DNA of 64,000 nucleotides from Octopus sinensis (Eukaryota): NCBI RefSeq assembly GCF_006345805.1, contig NW_021833278.1, positions 13,182 to 77,181 of the forward strand, read 5' to 3'. Shown piece by piece: positions 14,068 to 27,377 of this stretch (position 1 is its first letter; each line of letters starts with the position of its first letter). The notes under the pieces were generated by a model. It saw only the letters and a program-made list of their open reading frames with translations, ran no database searches and was not told where the DNA came from. The position numbers and the translations under genes were made by a program.

Positions 14068-14179
<112 letters not shown>

Positions 14180-14180
14180 C

Positions 14181-14220
<40 letters not shown>

Positions 14221-14504
14221 ATGTATATACATAGATGTGTGTCGAGTGAATGTGTGTACGTGCGTGCGTGTGTGTGCTTCTGATATGATTTATAAAAACT
14301 TCTCACCAATTCTAAGAGCGGGTCTCCCACCCAGAAACTGGTTTCGTCACTGGAATTTAGACAATACCAATTACGTATGCATATGTGTATGTGTGTATGT
14401 ATGTTCTGCTTATGGCTACACACGGCAGTGGAGCTCTTGTTCGGGAATCTTCGGATTTTGAAGAATGTGGAACCATCTCTTAGCCATTATTGTCCCAGGT
14501 TTAA

Positions 14505-14712
14505 GGCGGTGAGCTGGCAGAAACGTTAGCGCGCCGGGCGAAATGCCTAGCGTTATTTAGTCTGTCTTCATGTTCTGAGTTCAAATTTACGCCGAGATCA
14601 ACGTTACTTTTCATCCTTTCGGGGTTGATAAATTAAGTACCAGGTACGTACTGGGGTCATTTTAATCGACTGGTTCCCTCCCCCAAAATTTCGGTCCTAG
14701 AGTAGAAAAAAA
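14505..14712 (+). mobile_element. SINE family 1 copy
   Basis: Matches the family 1 core. Confidence 0.8.
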
Positions 14713-16084
14713 TTGTCCCAGGTTTACTCTGACCCAGAGTAACAGCACCTATCAGAGTCCCATCTATGAACTAGCATATGTGATAACAATCTTCTAAGCG
14801 CAGTGTGCAGAAATACATTTAGTTGGTGCCAGGGCGCACAGTAAAACCACTGAGAGTAAGGAGCCCCTAGATATTGGCAAAGCGTCCTTTGATGTTAAAC
14901 TGAACCCAGAATCATGTGGTTGGTAAGCAAGTTACTTACCACACAGCCACTCCTGCGCCTATACATGTGTGTATGTGTGTGTGTGTGTGTGTGTGCGTGT
15001 GCCTTTATATTACGTCATTCTTGAGTGCTGCTGGTAAAACCCAGTACTGCCTTCTGCATGCTCGGATCATCGTCAACTTATCTAACAACATCACTAAGTC
15101 TGCATAGTGAGGAGGGTCATTTCTGGACACCCCGAGGGAGAAAAAAAACAACAAGACTTGTAAAACAATGGATATATATATAAGAGTCCATGACCAATCA
15201 GTTCTGCGCAAATACACTTTCAAATCCCTGCAGACTTCCATGTATCTTTAGATTTGGAAAGTCTAAGACACTCTGACATGAAACGTGCGGTTGCTGTCTG
15301 TGTCTGCATGTATTAATGTGTACCTACGTTTGTGTTGCTGTATGTGGGCGCGTTTGTTAATGTGTGTGTGTGCGTCTGTGTATGCATTTATGAATGTGCC
15401 CGTCTGCATTTATTGGTGTGTATGGATGGATGTCTGTTTGTGAATATATATGTGTGTAGGTATTATGAGCGTGTGTATGTGAGCGTCATTCTTGTATGTG
15501 AGAGTACGTGTAAATATGTATGTGTATGTGTATGTGTGTGTGCGTATGTGTTTTTGCGTGCATGTGCGGGCGTTTATTTATGTGTGCGTGTGCGCGCGTG
15601 CGTATGCGTATGCATTTGTGCGTGCGTGCGCGTATATGTATGTGTGCGTGTGTGCATGTGCGTATGTGCGTGAGCACGCGTGAACACGCGTGAACACGCG
15701 TATGCGTGTGTATGCATGTATATGTGAGCGCGCATATGTATGTATGTGTGTATGCATGCGCGTCTCTGTGCATGTGTATGTGCGTATGTGCGTAGTGTGT
15801 GTGTGTGTGTGTGTTTTTTTTTGTGTGTATGTACGCATGTATTTATTAACATTAGAAATACACAAAACCGTGACACGCCCACACGCCAGAATGGAAAAAC
15901 TAACAACGTAGGAACCAAAGAATCTCTTTTAATCGTAGAAAAATGGTAATAAAGAATCTTTCAAATGTATTCCATGCCTCCAGGCATTATTTTTACTGTT
16001 GTTAACAATTGGCGTAGATATCTGTTGCTATCGGTATTAATCTTAGAGTTGTTGCTGCAGATTTTGTTTCTCATGTCTACATGT

Positions 16085-16119
<35 letters not shown>

Positions 16120-16299
16120 TTGCTGCTGATGCTGTTGTTGCTGCTGTTGTTGTTACTGTTAACGTTATAGCTGCTGTTATAACCCTTGTTGCATCTGTCT
16201 TATCATTGCCGTTGTAGTACAGGATGTTGTTTTCTGTTGTTATTGTCGGTAAAGGCCTTGTTGTTGTTATTGTTGTTATTGTTGTTGCTGTTGCTGCTA

Positions 16300-17145
16300 A
16301 AGCCAGCGAGCTGGCAGAATCGTTAAGCACGCCCGGCGAAATGCTTAGCGGTATTTTGTCTACCGCTACGTTCTGGGTTCTAATTCCGCCGAGGTCGACT
16401 TTGCCTTTCATCCTTTCGGGGTCGTTTAAATAAGTACCAGTTACGCACTGATGTCGATATAATCGACTTAATACCATTGTCTGTCCTTGTTTGTCTCCTC
16501 TATGTTTAGCCCCTTGTAGGTAATAAAGAAATAGGTATTTCGTCTGCTGTCACGTTCTGAGTTCAAATTCCGCCGAGGTCGACTTTGGATTTCATCCTTC
16601 CGGGATCGATTATTTAAGTACCAGGGGTTAATGTAATCGACTTCATCCCTTTGTCTGTCCTTGTTTGTCTCCTCTATGTTTAGCCCCTTGTTAGCAGTAA
16701 AGAAATAAGAATCGTTAGCACGCCGGACGAAATGCTTAGCGGTATTTCGTCTACCGTTACGTTCTGAGTTCAAATTCCGCCGAGGTCGACTTTGGATTTC
16801 ATCCTTCCGGGATCGATTATTTAAGTACTAATGAAACACTGGGGGTCGATGTAATCGACACATCCCCCTCTCCCTAATTTGAGGCCTTGTACCTGTAGCA
16901 GAAGAGATTATTGTTATTATTATGAAAGGCGGCGAGCTGGCAGAATTGTTAGCATGCCGGGCTAAATGCTTAGCTGCATTTCGTCCGCCTTTACGGTCTA
17001 AGTTCAAATTCCGCCGAGGTCGACTTTGCCTTTCATCCGACCGGAGTCGATAAATCAAGTACCAGTGAAATACTGGGGTTGATGTAATCGACTTAACCCG
17101 TCCCCCAAAATTTCAGGCCTTGTGCCTTTAGTAGAAAGGATTATC
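16300..17145 (+). mobile_element. Nested/tandem SINE family 1 cluster
   Basis: Four successive aaattccgccgaggtcgactt cores. Confidence 0.85.
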
Positions 17146-17399
17146 ATTATTATTTTTTTCCTTCTTTCTTCAAATTTCCTTCAATTTCTCGCCGGGTGTT
17201 TTCCGTACACCTAGGACAGAGAAGCTCATTGTATGCATTCCCAGATTACACACGCAAATTCACAGGTAAAATATGTATTAAAAAAAATTAATAAACAAAT
17301 AAATTCATGAATGGATGTTGTTTACACAGCGATAATGCTCTTCTCTGTACATGAGTCGTTCCAGTTAACACGATTTATTATTATTACTATTATTATTTA

Positions 17400-17439
<40 letters not shown>

Positions 17440-17575
17440 GTTATTGTTGTTGTTGTTACTGTTGTTGTTGTTACTGTTGTTGTTGTTGTTGTTATTATTA
17501 TTATTATTGTTATTGTTATTGTTATTGTTATTATTATTATTATTATTGTTATTATTATTATTATTATTATTATTG

Positions 17576-17628
<53 letters not shown>

Positions 17629-18184
17629 GCTATATCTGGAGGTGTGTTTTTGGAGCGCCGTAAGTTTACGACTCATTCACTTGTTTAAAAGGTTCTATAC
17701 CGTACTTTGTTGCTTAAATCGTTTTGCGAGCCAGTTGCCCTTATGGGGGTGGGGCTGACGTTTGTTAACCAAAGCCCCCATTTTGTGGGTGACATAAACC
17801 TTTTGGTTTTCAAAATTTTCCTCGAAGAAAGTAAACTTTGAAGATGACGACGAAAAAGCGGGAGTGAGGAAGGAAGGTGGTACGGCAATTTGCACGAGGA
17901 TTTCCCCGTTCTCCCCACCATGATTGGCAGTAGAAAAAACAAACAAACAAACACCGTTAAAATTGTTTCCCGAAACTGAAACGAAACTGCCAACCAATCC
18001 GTGACCCTAAGGATGATAACAATATGATGACGAACTCTCCTGTTGTAGACGATGTCTGAGTGTTTAGCTTTTTTGCCGAATGCCCTGCACAAGCGATTTG
18101 CTTCTAGTGCTCAAATGTATGTGCCGTACTTTAGTTCACTTCTTCCATCAAATCAACGTTACCTGAACAGGTGCACGGTTTAAA

Positions 18185-18318
18185 TCAGGTGTCGAAGTGA
18201 TCACAGGGCAACGTGAGATGAAGTGGTTTGCTCAAGAACACAACGCGCCACCCGACCGAGGAATTGAAACCATCTCGCGATCGTGAGGGCAACACCCCAG
18301 CCACTAGACCATGCTTCC
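18185..18318 (-). mobile_element. tRNA-derived SINE head fragment
   Basis: Minus strand ggtctagtgg (A-box-like) ... ggtttcaattcc (B-box-like) followed by a gtgttcttgagcaa core. Confidence 0.55.
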
Positions 18319-18319
18319 C

Positions 18320-18365
<46 letters not shown>

Positions 18366-18397
18366 GTAATAATAATGATAATAATAAAATAATAATG

Positions 18398-18464
<67 letters not shown>

Positions 18465-18525
18465 TAATAATAATAATAATAATAATAATGATAATAATGA
18501 TAATAATGATAATAATAATAATAAT

Positions 18526-19496
18526 TGGCAAGAAAAACCTCTCTATGGCAAATACCCAAAGAGAGCGAATAATGCAGATATCGACAAAGCCCTGACCCAT
18601 CAATGGCTAATGGCCTCTGGCTTAAAATCTGAAACAGAGGGGTTTATCATAGCAGCTCAAGATCAATGCCTACCAACAAGAAACTACCAGGCCAACATAT
18701 TAAAGAACGGCAGTAGCCCAACATGTCGTGTATGCCGACAACAAAATGAAACCATTGACCATGTTGTCTCCAAATGCAGTCTTCTAGCGCCTACAGAGTA
18801 CCTCAGTAGGCATGATAGAGCTGCACAATATATTCACTGGGTAATTTGCAAAAACCTGGATTTGCCTCATGAAAAAAACTGGTGGGAACACAATCAACCT
18901 CCTGTGCTTGAAAATGACATCTCACTCCTCTGGAACTTCACCATTCAAACTGACAGGAAGATAGATGCAAATAGGCCAGACATTATATTGAAAGACTTCA
19001 GACAAAGAACATACCTCCTCATTGATATGACTGTCCCAATCGATATAAACGTATCTGTCAAGACCAACCAAAAACTGAGCAAATACAAAGATCTTGAAAT
19101 AGAAATCAGCAAAATGTGGAAGCTGAAGACTAAAACAATACCTGTTGTCATAGGTGCCCTGGGAATGATAGCGAAAGGGACTGATTGCTACCTAACTCAG
19201 ATACCAGGAAACCCCAAAATGGCAGAAATTCAAAAGATAGTGCTCATGGGAACTGCTCATATCCTACGCAAAATACTCTCTATGTAATCCCAAGGTTTAA
19301 AACAAACTTTTTTATTTATTTATTTTTAAAAAAATTTTTTTTTTATGTATTAGACATTCACTAGTACAACACCAGAAAAAAAAGAAGAAAAAAAACCCCA
19401 AATATATGGCACAGAACTTCTAACCTGTTGTCTCTTGAGGTCTCTGGGTGAGACTTGGAGCCAACTTGTACAGACATAAAGCAAAAGTCAAACATA

Positions 19497-19497
<1 letters not shown>
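18526..19497 (+). mobile_element. 5'-truncated R4/Dong-clade non-LTR retrotransposon (zinc knuckle + restriction-like endonuclease)
   Basis: ORF 18610-19287 has CRVC...H..SKC, RHD, and RPDII...LIDMTVP...KYKDL (PD-D/ExK RLE); flanked on both sides by (AAT)n. Confidence 0.9.
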
Positions 19498-19557
<60 letters not shown>

Positions 19558-19613
19558 AACAATAATAATCTTCAATTCGATATCCCATTGCATATTTCGA
19601 GTCATTATATTCA

Positions 19614-19637
19614 TTTATTCAATAAATTTGGGTTTTG

Positions 19638-19678
<41 letters not shown>

Positions 19679-19708
19679 AATTTTCTTTGTAAATTGAAAT
19701 TGTTTATT
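19614..19708 (-). terminator. Candidate polyadenylation signals (AATAAA) of gene A; paralogous signals at 27044-27049 (B) and 37278-37283 (C)
   Basis: AATAAA on the minus strand at 19703-19708 and 19614-19619, conserved in the three 3' UTR copies. Confidence 0.55.
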
Positions 19709-19740
19709 AGTTTGCGACTCCATCGTGTTTTTTGGAGCGT

Positions 19741-19908
19741 TTAGGTCCTGCTTTGATGGTCTCCATTTCCTTTCGAACGTGATCTCATCTTCAAGCAGTG
19801 AACGTCGCCCCAAAGACATGGGGCCTCGAAGTCGTCATCTGCACGAAGGGCATCACGGCTGTCACGCAACTGTCGGTTCACTAAGTCCCTTTGGCGTGCA
19901 ATCATAGA
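19741..19908 (-). CDS. Gene A coding exon 2: SMIARQRDLVNRQLRDSRDALRADDDFEAPCLWGDVHCLKMRSRSKGNGDHQSRT* (Cys-X6-Cys peptide)
   Basis: Polypyrimidine tract plus CAG acceptor (tttctttcttttttatatccacag) at 19909-19911; phase 0 matches the exon 1 donor; open to TAA at 19741; homologous to the exons at 27259 and 37502. Confidence 0.8.
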   Translation of the reverse strand, partial: SMIARQRDLVNRQLRDSRDALRADDDFEAPCLWGDVHCLKMRSRSKGNGDHQSRT

Positions 19909-20409
19909 CTGTGGATATAAAAAAGAAAGAAAAAAGAAACAACTTAGTAAACTGCAATGAAACACAGAGAAAGAAATTCTTACAACACAAACAACAAAAC
20001 TTTCGCTGGTAAAAACAAAAGATCTGAAATAAATGGAGAAATTCGAAAGACGGTTTGTCATATTTACAGATGCAAATTTGTGTTTCATGAGCAGCTTTCA
20101 ACATTTTCCATCCAAGCGTTTTTAGCCTAATATCTATACCATTGTTTGTAGCTTTATCAACTTGGAATTTTTTACCGTTAAAAAGAATTTGCTTCACATC
20201 TCTCGAAGTTTCTAAATACTTATAAAATAAGCTTCCTGAAATGATCTCTGATAAGTACGAAGCTTCTAAAATAGATGGCGGTTTGGACTGCTTTAGTATA
20301 GCGGCAAAAACGTCTACCACGTTTAAAGAAGATGTGGGTTCGAGTCCTATGTGAGACTAGGTAGAGCATTTATTGTAAAAAAAAGAAAGACTCTTAGAAT
20401 AACGAGTGA

Positions 20410-20690
20410 ATCATTGAGAACAACACATTGTATATATTGGATTTAAAATTTTAAACAAGGCCAGCAATTTTGGGCGACAAGAGAGGGCGTTTACATCAAC
20501 CCTGGTGATCAACGGCTATTTATTTTATCGATCCCGGCGCTCCACTGCTACTTATTTTATCGAACCCAAATAAATGAAAGGCAAAGTCGACATCGGCGGA
20601 ATTTGAACTCAGAATGTAAAGATGGACGAAATGCCGCTAAGAATTTTGTTCGACGTGCTAACGAGTCTGCTAGCTTCGGCGCTTTAGCAA
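20410..20690 (-). mobile_element. Diverged SINE family 1 copy in the gene A intron (paralogous copy at 38075-38300 in gene C)
   Basis: Reverse-complement match to the family 1 core; shared position in A and C introns. Confidence 0.7.
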
Positions 20691-21239
20691 TCCTACTCCC
20701 AATGTAGGATTCCTCACCATCCAGGTGACAGGCACAGCCATAAGATGCATTAGGAATCTATAGCAATTGGAAGGGCGTGACCCAACTGAAATAAACATTA
20801 ACACCTGTGTGACGTGAGGGCTAAGGAGAAATGAAAGTGTCACCTCTGGAGTTTGCAAATGACCACTATACTGATACGTAACTGGACAGAATAAATTTAC
20901 CAACTATAAATGTCTTTGAATAACCAGTCACTCATCTGGGAAGGCCTTGAAATCAATCTGGGGTCAATGTGTGACCCAGTGATAATAAAAAGACTTGAAA
21001 GGAGGTCTGCAATCAAATAACTTTACTTAACACTTTGCAACTAAATCAGTGGAGGCAAAGATGCCTCTCATTTACTTGACAATTTATGCACCACATTGTA
21101 GAAATCACAATCTAAGTGTATGTCAAAGCAAACTCTTACACTGTTGTACCATTGAATTACAAATAATGCTCATCTTCTATGCTCGGATGACCCCAGAGCT
21201 TCCAAGAATACAAATGTATTCGTCTTTGCATAGATAAAA

Positions 21240-21665
21240 TGACAAAATTGTGTGTTAAGTCCCCATGAGGGATCTTTTTAACTTAAGAAGATGAAATTTC
21301 ATAATACTTACATCATTTGTATCTAATATCTATGGTTAAAATTTCATCAACGCAAAAGTATATGAATTGTCATGGGGGTTGTGGCCCTTATGCATAGAAT
21401 ATAATTTCCAAATTTCGTAAAGATCCATTCAGAACTTTTGACTTAGTTTGGATCATAAAAAAATGACTAAAATTTGGATTTAAGGCCCCCATTAGGGTGT
21501 CTTAGAATCCTCATGGAAACTTTGTCATTTTTCTCCCCATGACACTCCCTGGACCCTAATAAGGCATGTGTAAAAATTTGAATGAAATCGGTTGTGTAGT
21601 CTCAAGTTTGTAGGGATTCACACAGACAAACAGAAAGGACAGACAGACTACACATTCTCAGTTAT
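21240..21665 (-). mobile_element. Probable non-autonomous Helitron-like repeat in the gene A intron (copy at ~28085-28520 in gene B)
   Basis: Minus strand starts atataaaactgagaa...tgtctgtctg...aaccgatttcattcaaattt, similar to the 5' part of the element at 9939; 3' CTAG end not identified. Confidence 0.35.
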
Positions 21666-21686
21666 ATTATATATATATTAATATAT

Positions 21687-21718
<32 letters not shown>

Positions 21719-21776
21719 ATATATATATAATCATATAGAATATATATATATATATTAATAATATAATACATATATA

Positions 21777-21836
<60 letters not shown>

Positions 21837-21994
21837 TATATAATAATATATATATATATATATTGGGTGAATTCCATCTCATGCACAGATTTTTTAATTA
21901 ATTTTTGAAAACTAAACATTTTGAAACTTCAGTGCATGAGATTAAAAGATCCGATATATGTATATACGTATGTCAGCATTTATGCATGGATGAT

Positions 21995-22990
<996 letters not shown>

Positions 22991-23005
22991 ATATTGCACA
23001 ATTAC

Positions 23006-23137
23006 ATTTTTCCTTCGGAGCAGATCGATAGCCCTCTCATCGTTTATTGGCACCGTCTCTACTGGTTCAAACATCACCGCTGCTACGCTTAACAAAACCA
23101 CTAGCACAATCATATTCTTGTATATTCTGTGTTCCAT
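23006..23137 (-). CDS. Gene A coding exon 1: signal peptide + propeptide MEHRIYKNMIVLVVLLSVAAVMFEPVETVPINDERAIDLLRRKN
   Basis: ATG in an aaaaaATGG context; basic N-region and hydrophobic core; donor GTAATT at 23005; three near-identical copies in the window. Confidence 0.88.
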
Positions 23138-23490
23138 TTTTTGATCTCAACTCAGTTCTCTCTTTTAAAAACTTCCAAACTTCTATATTTCAAACTTCCA
23201 GATTTCAACTGATTTCAATGGAGCCAGATATAAGGCAGTCCCCAAAACGATTCTTATGAAGTCCCAAGAACAAAATCACCTGTAAATATATCGTTTATAG
23301 TTCTTTGTTTTTTTTTACTTTCCCCTCTTCTTTGTTTGTGGTTCGGGTTTCTGTTCTTTCTTGTTTGTGTGGTCAGTGCTGTTGTTGCGTCTCGTTTTGG
23401 TTCGTTCTCCTATGGAAGCGGCGACTTTCTTTTATAGCCGTATTACTCCTCTCAGTCGCTCAAGGGCACGCCATTTTGCGAGGGAGGAGA
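23138..23490 (-). promoter_or_regulatory. Conserved 5' UTR/promoter block of the peptide genes (copies at 28907-29270 and 62784-63130)
   Basis: TATAAAG at 23435-23429 (TATAAAAG at 29208-29201 and 63069-63062); second TATAAA at 23299-23294; YY1-like CGCCATTTT at 23469-23477; retained in all three copies. Confidence 0.55.
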
Positions 23491-23506
23491 TGATATAGTA
23501 TATATA

Positions 23507-23597
<91 letters not shown>

Positions 23598-23601
23598 CTA
23601 G

Positions 23602-23660
<59 letters not shown>

Positions 23661-23783
23661 GTGTATGTGTGTGTGTATGGAAATAAAAAGAAGATGATAA
23701 AGAACAAAAATAAAAACGTAGAAGAAGAAGAAGAAGAAGAAGAAGAAGAAGAATAAGAAGAGGAAAAGAAGAAGAAGAAGAAG

Positions 23784-23831
<48 letters not shown>

Positions 23832-23917
23832 TGAAGAAGAAGAAGAAGAAGAAGAAGAAGAAGACTGGCCAGAACTGGTGACCAATAATTCTTGCCCTCT
23901 AGACTAATAATAATGAC

Positions 23918-23977
<60 letters not shown>

Positions 23978-24409
23978 TGCTGTTGTAGTGGTGGTATGAT
24001 TTAATTCTATTTGCTTTGCGAGGCTCATTCCTTATCATAGAAAAAGGACAATCCCCCACCCCCGTCGTTATCGAAGGAATTGGAATTTGATTGGTTGTTA
24101 TCATATACTCTTTATCCTTCTAGCTTCACACTGATTGGAAGAACAAGAACATGCATGTGCACATGCGCACACAGGTACTACACATGCACACCTATAAATT
24201 ACATGGAGCAGAAACACACATAATAAATCATATGGAGAAGAAACAATAAATAATATCAAATGGATGTCTTATAAAACTATTCCGAACATACAATAACAGC
24301 CATGCTAACAATCCAACACACCTCCTTCATCAGCTGCCACACGGATATCACTATGGTTTCGACACCTGGGGCAGTACCATTCAATCAGACGGTGTCAACA
24401 GCACTAAAA

Positions 24410-25100
24410 TAAGTGTTGTTTGAGAACAAGATACCATAAATTATTGGAGAAGAAACAATAAATCTTAAATACAAGTAACAGCACAATATGTGGCGAAGAA
24501 ACATTAAATCATATTGTCACTGGGAGTCCAGTCCTGGCTAAGAAGGAATATATTCACAGACACGACTGAGTTGGGACCTGGACACATTGGAAGCTATGCC
24601 AACATTATGGAATAACAACAGAAAAAAGATGGTATAGGCATACGCCAGAAAAGGTCACAGAAAATGAGAAAGCAAACATACTCTGGGATATGCCAATACA
24701 CACAGATTAAACTAAGGCCAATAGGCTGGATATAGTTGTCAGAGATCATCAAGAAAAAAATGCTTTCTAATCGATATATCAATATCAAAAGATGACAACG
24801 TTTCAAAATACAAACATGTGGAAATAGAGGCAAATCATATGTGAGTCTAAATACAGAAACAATTCCCATCATAGTTGGCGCATTAGGTATAATAAGAAAA
24901 AGTATTCAGATAAAAACATAACAAAAAAGCAGGACTAACAAGTATATATAACATACAGAAATAGCACTACTAGGCATCGCACACATCCCACGTAAAACAC
25001 TTTCAATACAGTAACAATAAAAGCACCACAACAAACCACAGCACATACCCAAGGCACACAGAGTTGCGCTCGGTATTGAAGTGAGAAAGCACGTGATAAA
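24410..25100 (+). mobile_element. Degenerate R4-like LINE 3' fragment (truncated copy at ~29940-30190)
   Basis: Remnants of the zinc knuckle, RHD, ILWDMPIHTD and IPIIVGALG motifs with stops and frameshifts. Confidence 0.75.
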
Positions 25101-26183
25101 AATAAGACTGTTCGATAGCAAGACGAGGAGGAGAGAGAAGAAGAAGAAGAAGAAGAAGAAGAAGAAGAAGAAGAAGAAGAAGAAGAAGAAGAGAAGAAGA
25201 AGAAGAAGAAGAAGAGAAGAAGAAGAAGAAGAAGAAGAAGAGAAGAAGAGAAGAAGAAGAAGAAGAAGAAGAGAAGAAGAAGAAGAAGAAGAAGAAGAAG
25301 AGAAGAAGAGCTGCTCTCTCATGGTTTCTGATCTTAACTGATTGGAAGTGTTATCATGTACATTGTTTTCTCTTGGTATAAAAGATGGGCTACAGCAAAT
25401 ATTCTGCTCAGTACACACATTTGCTTGTCAGTTATTTGACCTTAACCAGTTGACCATGTCCCTTAGTGGCTGATGATATGTACATCTCTGATCACGAGCA
25501 GAAGTAGTGGGGGAGCATCATAGCCATGTATTGAGAGTAATATTCTTTGGGGTTTGGATAATTCACCTCTGGAAACATGGGTGTTCTGTTCAACATCCTT
25601 AAACAACTCTTGTTCAAGGACCTTTTGTGCGGGGTGGATTACTCGACCAGAAGAAAATTCTAACTGGGCTCCACGGGCAAGGTCATACGCTGTTTATCTT
25701 GATATGAGATCGCGATGTCGTGCATATATGGTTGTGATGCATGTGCCTGGTGTACACTTATCAGACAAGTAGTCATGGTCGGTATACTGAGCTTCGTATA
25801 TTTGTACCCCAGTGTCACTTTGATGGCATGCACTGCTCTCTCACTCAATAATAATAATAATTCTTTCTTCTATAGGCCCAAGGCTTGAAATTCTATGGGA
25901 GCCAACAGTTATTAGAAGAGATTGGTCGGTACCTTTGACTCCAGTACTTGACTCTAGACTCCTTTATTATTTTGAAACCTAAAAGAATGAAAGCCAGATT
26001 TAAACTCGGTGAGATGCGATCTCGAAATGTAAAAAGCCGGAACTAAAACAGCAAGACAGTTTTTCGATGTTTTAACCATTCTTCTAGCTTTCAGCCTGAA
26101 TTTTCCCCACAAATTTTTCTCTTTCACAAAAAAATGAGCCGAACACACAGCTAAAAGCACACGCACACACATAGGCACGCACG

Positions 26184-26226
<43 letters not shown>

Positions 26227-26388
26227 GATATGGAAACAGCTGTAGCAGAGGATCTCATTATATATCTTGGAAAAAACTTATGTCTGCACATCAATTTTTC
26301 CATTTTCTCCCTTTTCTCATTCATATATATATTCATATATATATATGTATGTATAACTATATACATACATATATACATACATTTATAT

Positions 26389-26850
26389 GAGAATTGCAAA
26401 ATCCCGTGGGATGCAACGATCAAGTGCGATAACCCGACCAGACATCGGAAACCGGATATTGTTGTGGTGAGTAAAAGACAAAGAACATGTATGGTAACCT
26501 ACTTAGAATGCCCCGGTGAAAGCAGGATCGATGTGAAAGAAGAGGAAAAAATAAACTAGGACGATTTGAAATGGGAAATACGAAGGTTTTGGTCAATGAA
26601 GGGAGTAGACGTAATACCAATAGTAATTGGTTCACTTGGAAGTATCAGCACCCAGCTACCAGCATGGCTGAAAAAAGATCGGTGCAAGTGTGAGGATAGA
26701 ACACCTTCAAAAATCAGCGTTGCTTGGAACTGCAAGAATTCTTTGCAGGGTTCTTGAAGCATGACAAGTAAACAAGTGTCACCTTAGTCTCTTGACTGTG
26801 GACAGCTGACACTTTCCATGATACCCAGTAAAATGAACTGTGAGTTTTCA
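26389..26850 (+). mobile_element. 3' end of a second R4-like LINE family, duplicated from 36620-37080
   Basis: Near-identical to 36620-37080; RKPDIVVV and VIPIVIG motifs; followed by (AAT)n. Confidence 0.88.
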
Positions 26851-26854
26851 TATA

Positions 26855-26918
<64 letters not shown>

Positions 26919-27128
26919 CAACGAAAACAATAATAATTTTCAATTCGATATCACATTGTATATTTAGAGTCATTATATTTATTTATTCAATAAATTTGGG
27001 TTTTGTTTTTTTTTGTTGTAATTTTCTTTGTAAATTGAAATTGTTTATTAGTTTGTGATTCCGTCGTGTTTTTTTGGGGGCGTTTAGGTCCTGCTTTGAT
27101 GGTCTCCATTTCATTTCGAATGCGATCT

Positions 27129-27259
27129 TTACTTCTTCCTCTTCACGCAGGAAATGACGTTCCAGATACATGGGTCGTTTTTCCTTCATCTGAAGGAAAA
27201 GCATCTCGGCCGTCAAGAAACAGTCGGTTCATTAAGTCCCCTTGGCGTGTAATCATAGA
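27129..27259 (-). pseudogene. Gene B coding exon 2 with a -1 frameshift; adding one A restores ...SDEGKNDPCIWNVISCVKRKK*
   Basis: CAG acceptor at 27260-27262. As assembled it reads SMITRQGDLMNRLFLDGRDAFPSDEGKTTHVSGTSFPA* (TGA at 27143). An A5 run at 27178-27182 lies just before a Cys ring region nucleotide-identical to gene C. Confidence 0.7.
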
Positions 27260-27377
27260 CTGTGGATATAAAAAATATATATAAGTGAGAAACTTAGTAA
27301 AACTGGAATGGAACACCGAGAAAGGAATTTTTACAACGTAAATAACAAAATTTTCGCTGGTAAAAACAAAAGTTCTG

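Noticed and set aside
17311-17758. Poly-N/poly-L/poly-I ORFs (also 18185-18603, 21942-23001, 39882-40293)
   Set aside because: (AAT)n/(GTT)n/(CAT)n microsatellites.
18610-19287. 225-aa ORF as a host gene
   Set aside because: Zinc knuckle and RLE motifs identify it as the 3' end of an R4-clade LINE ORF, 5'-truncated.
21049-21237. Duplicated 62-aa plus-strand ORF MEAKMPLIYL... (copy at 27895-28083)
   Set aside because: Lies antisense in the duplicated intron; no splice signals or recognisable domain; conservation is explained by the recent duplication.
23305-23493. Cys-rich plus-strand ORF (CGQCCCC...) repeated at 29074 and 62934
   Set aside because: Antisense to the promoter block; the reading frame is not preserved in copy C; starts in a T-run.
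24320-24375. CTGATGA and GAAA on the minus strand suggesting a type II hammerhead
   Set aside because: Stem III and the UH cleavage site cannot be formed.
26983-27216. Prohormone-looking ORF ...EKRPMYLERHFLREEEE...
   Set aside because: Alternative frame of exon 2 plus 3' UTR; not reachable by phase-0 splicing from exon 1 in any copy and has no signal peptide.
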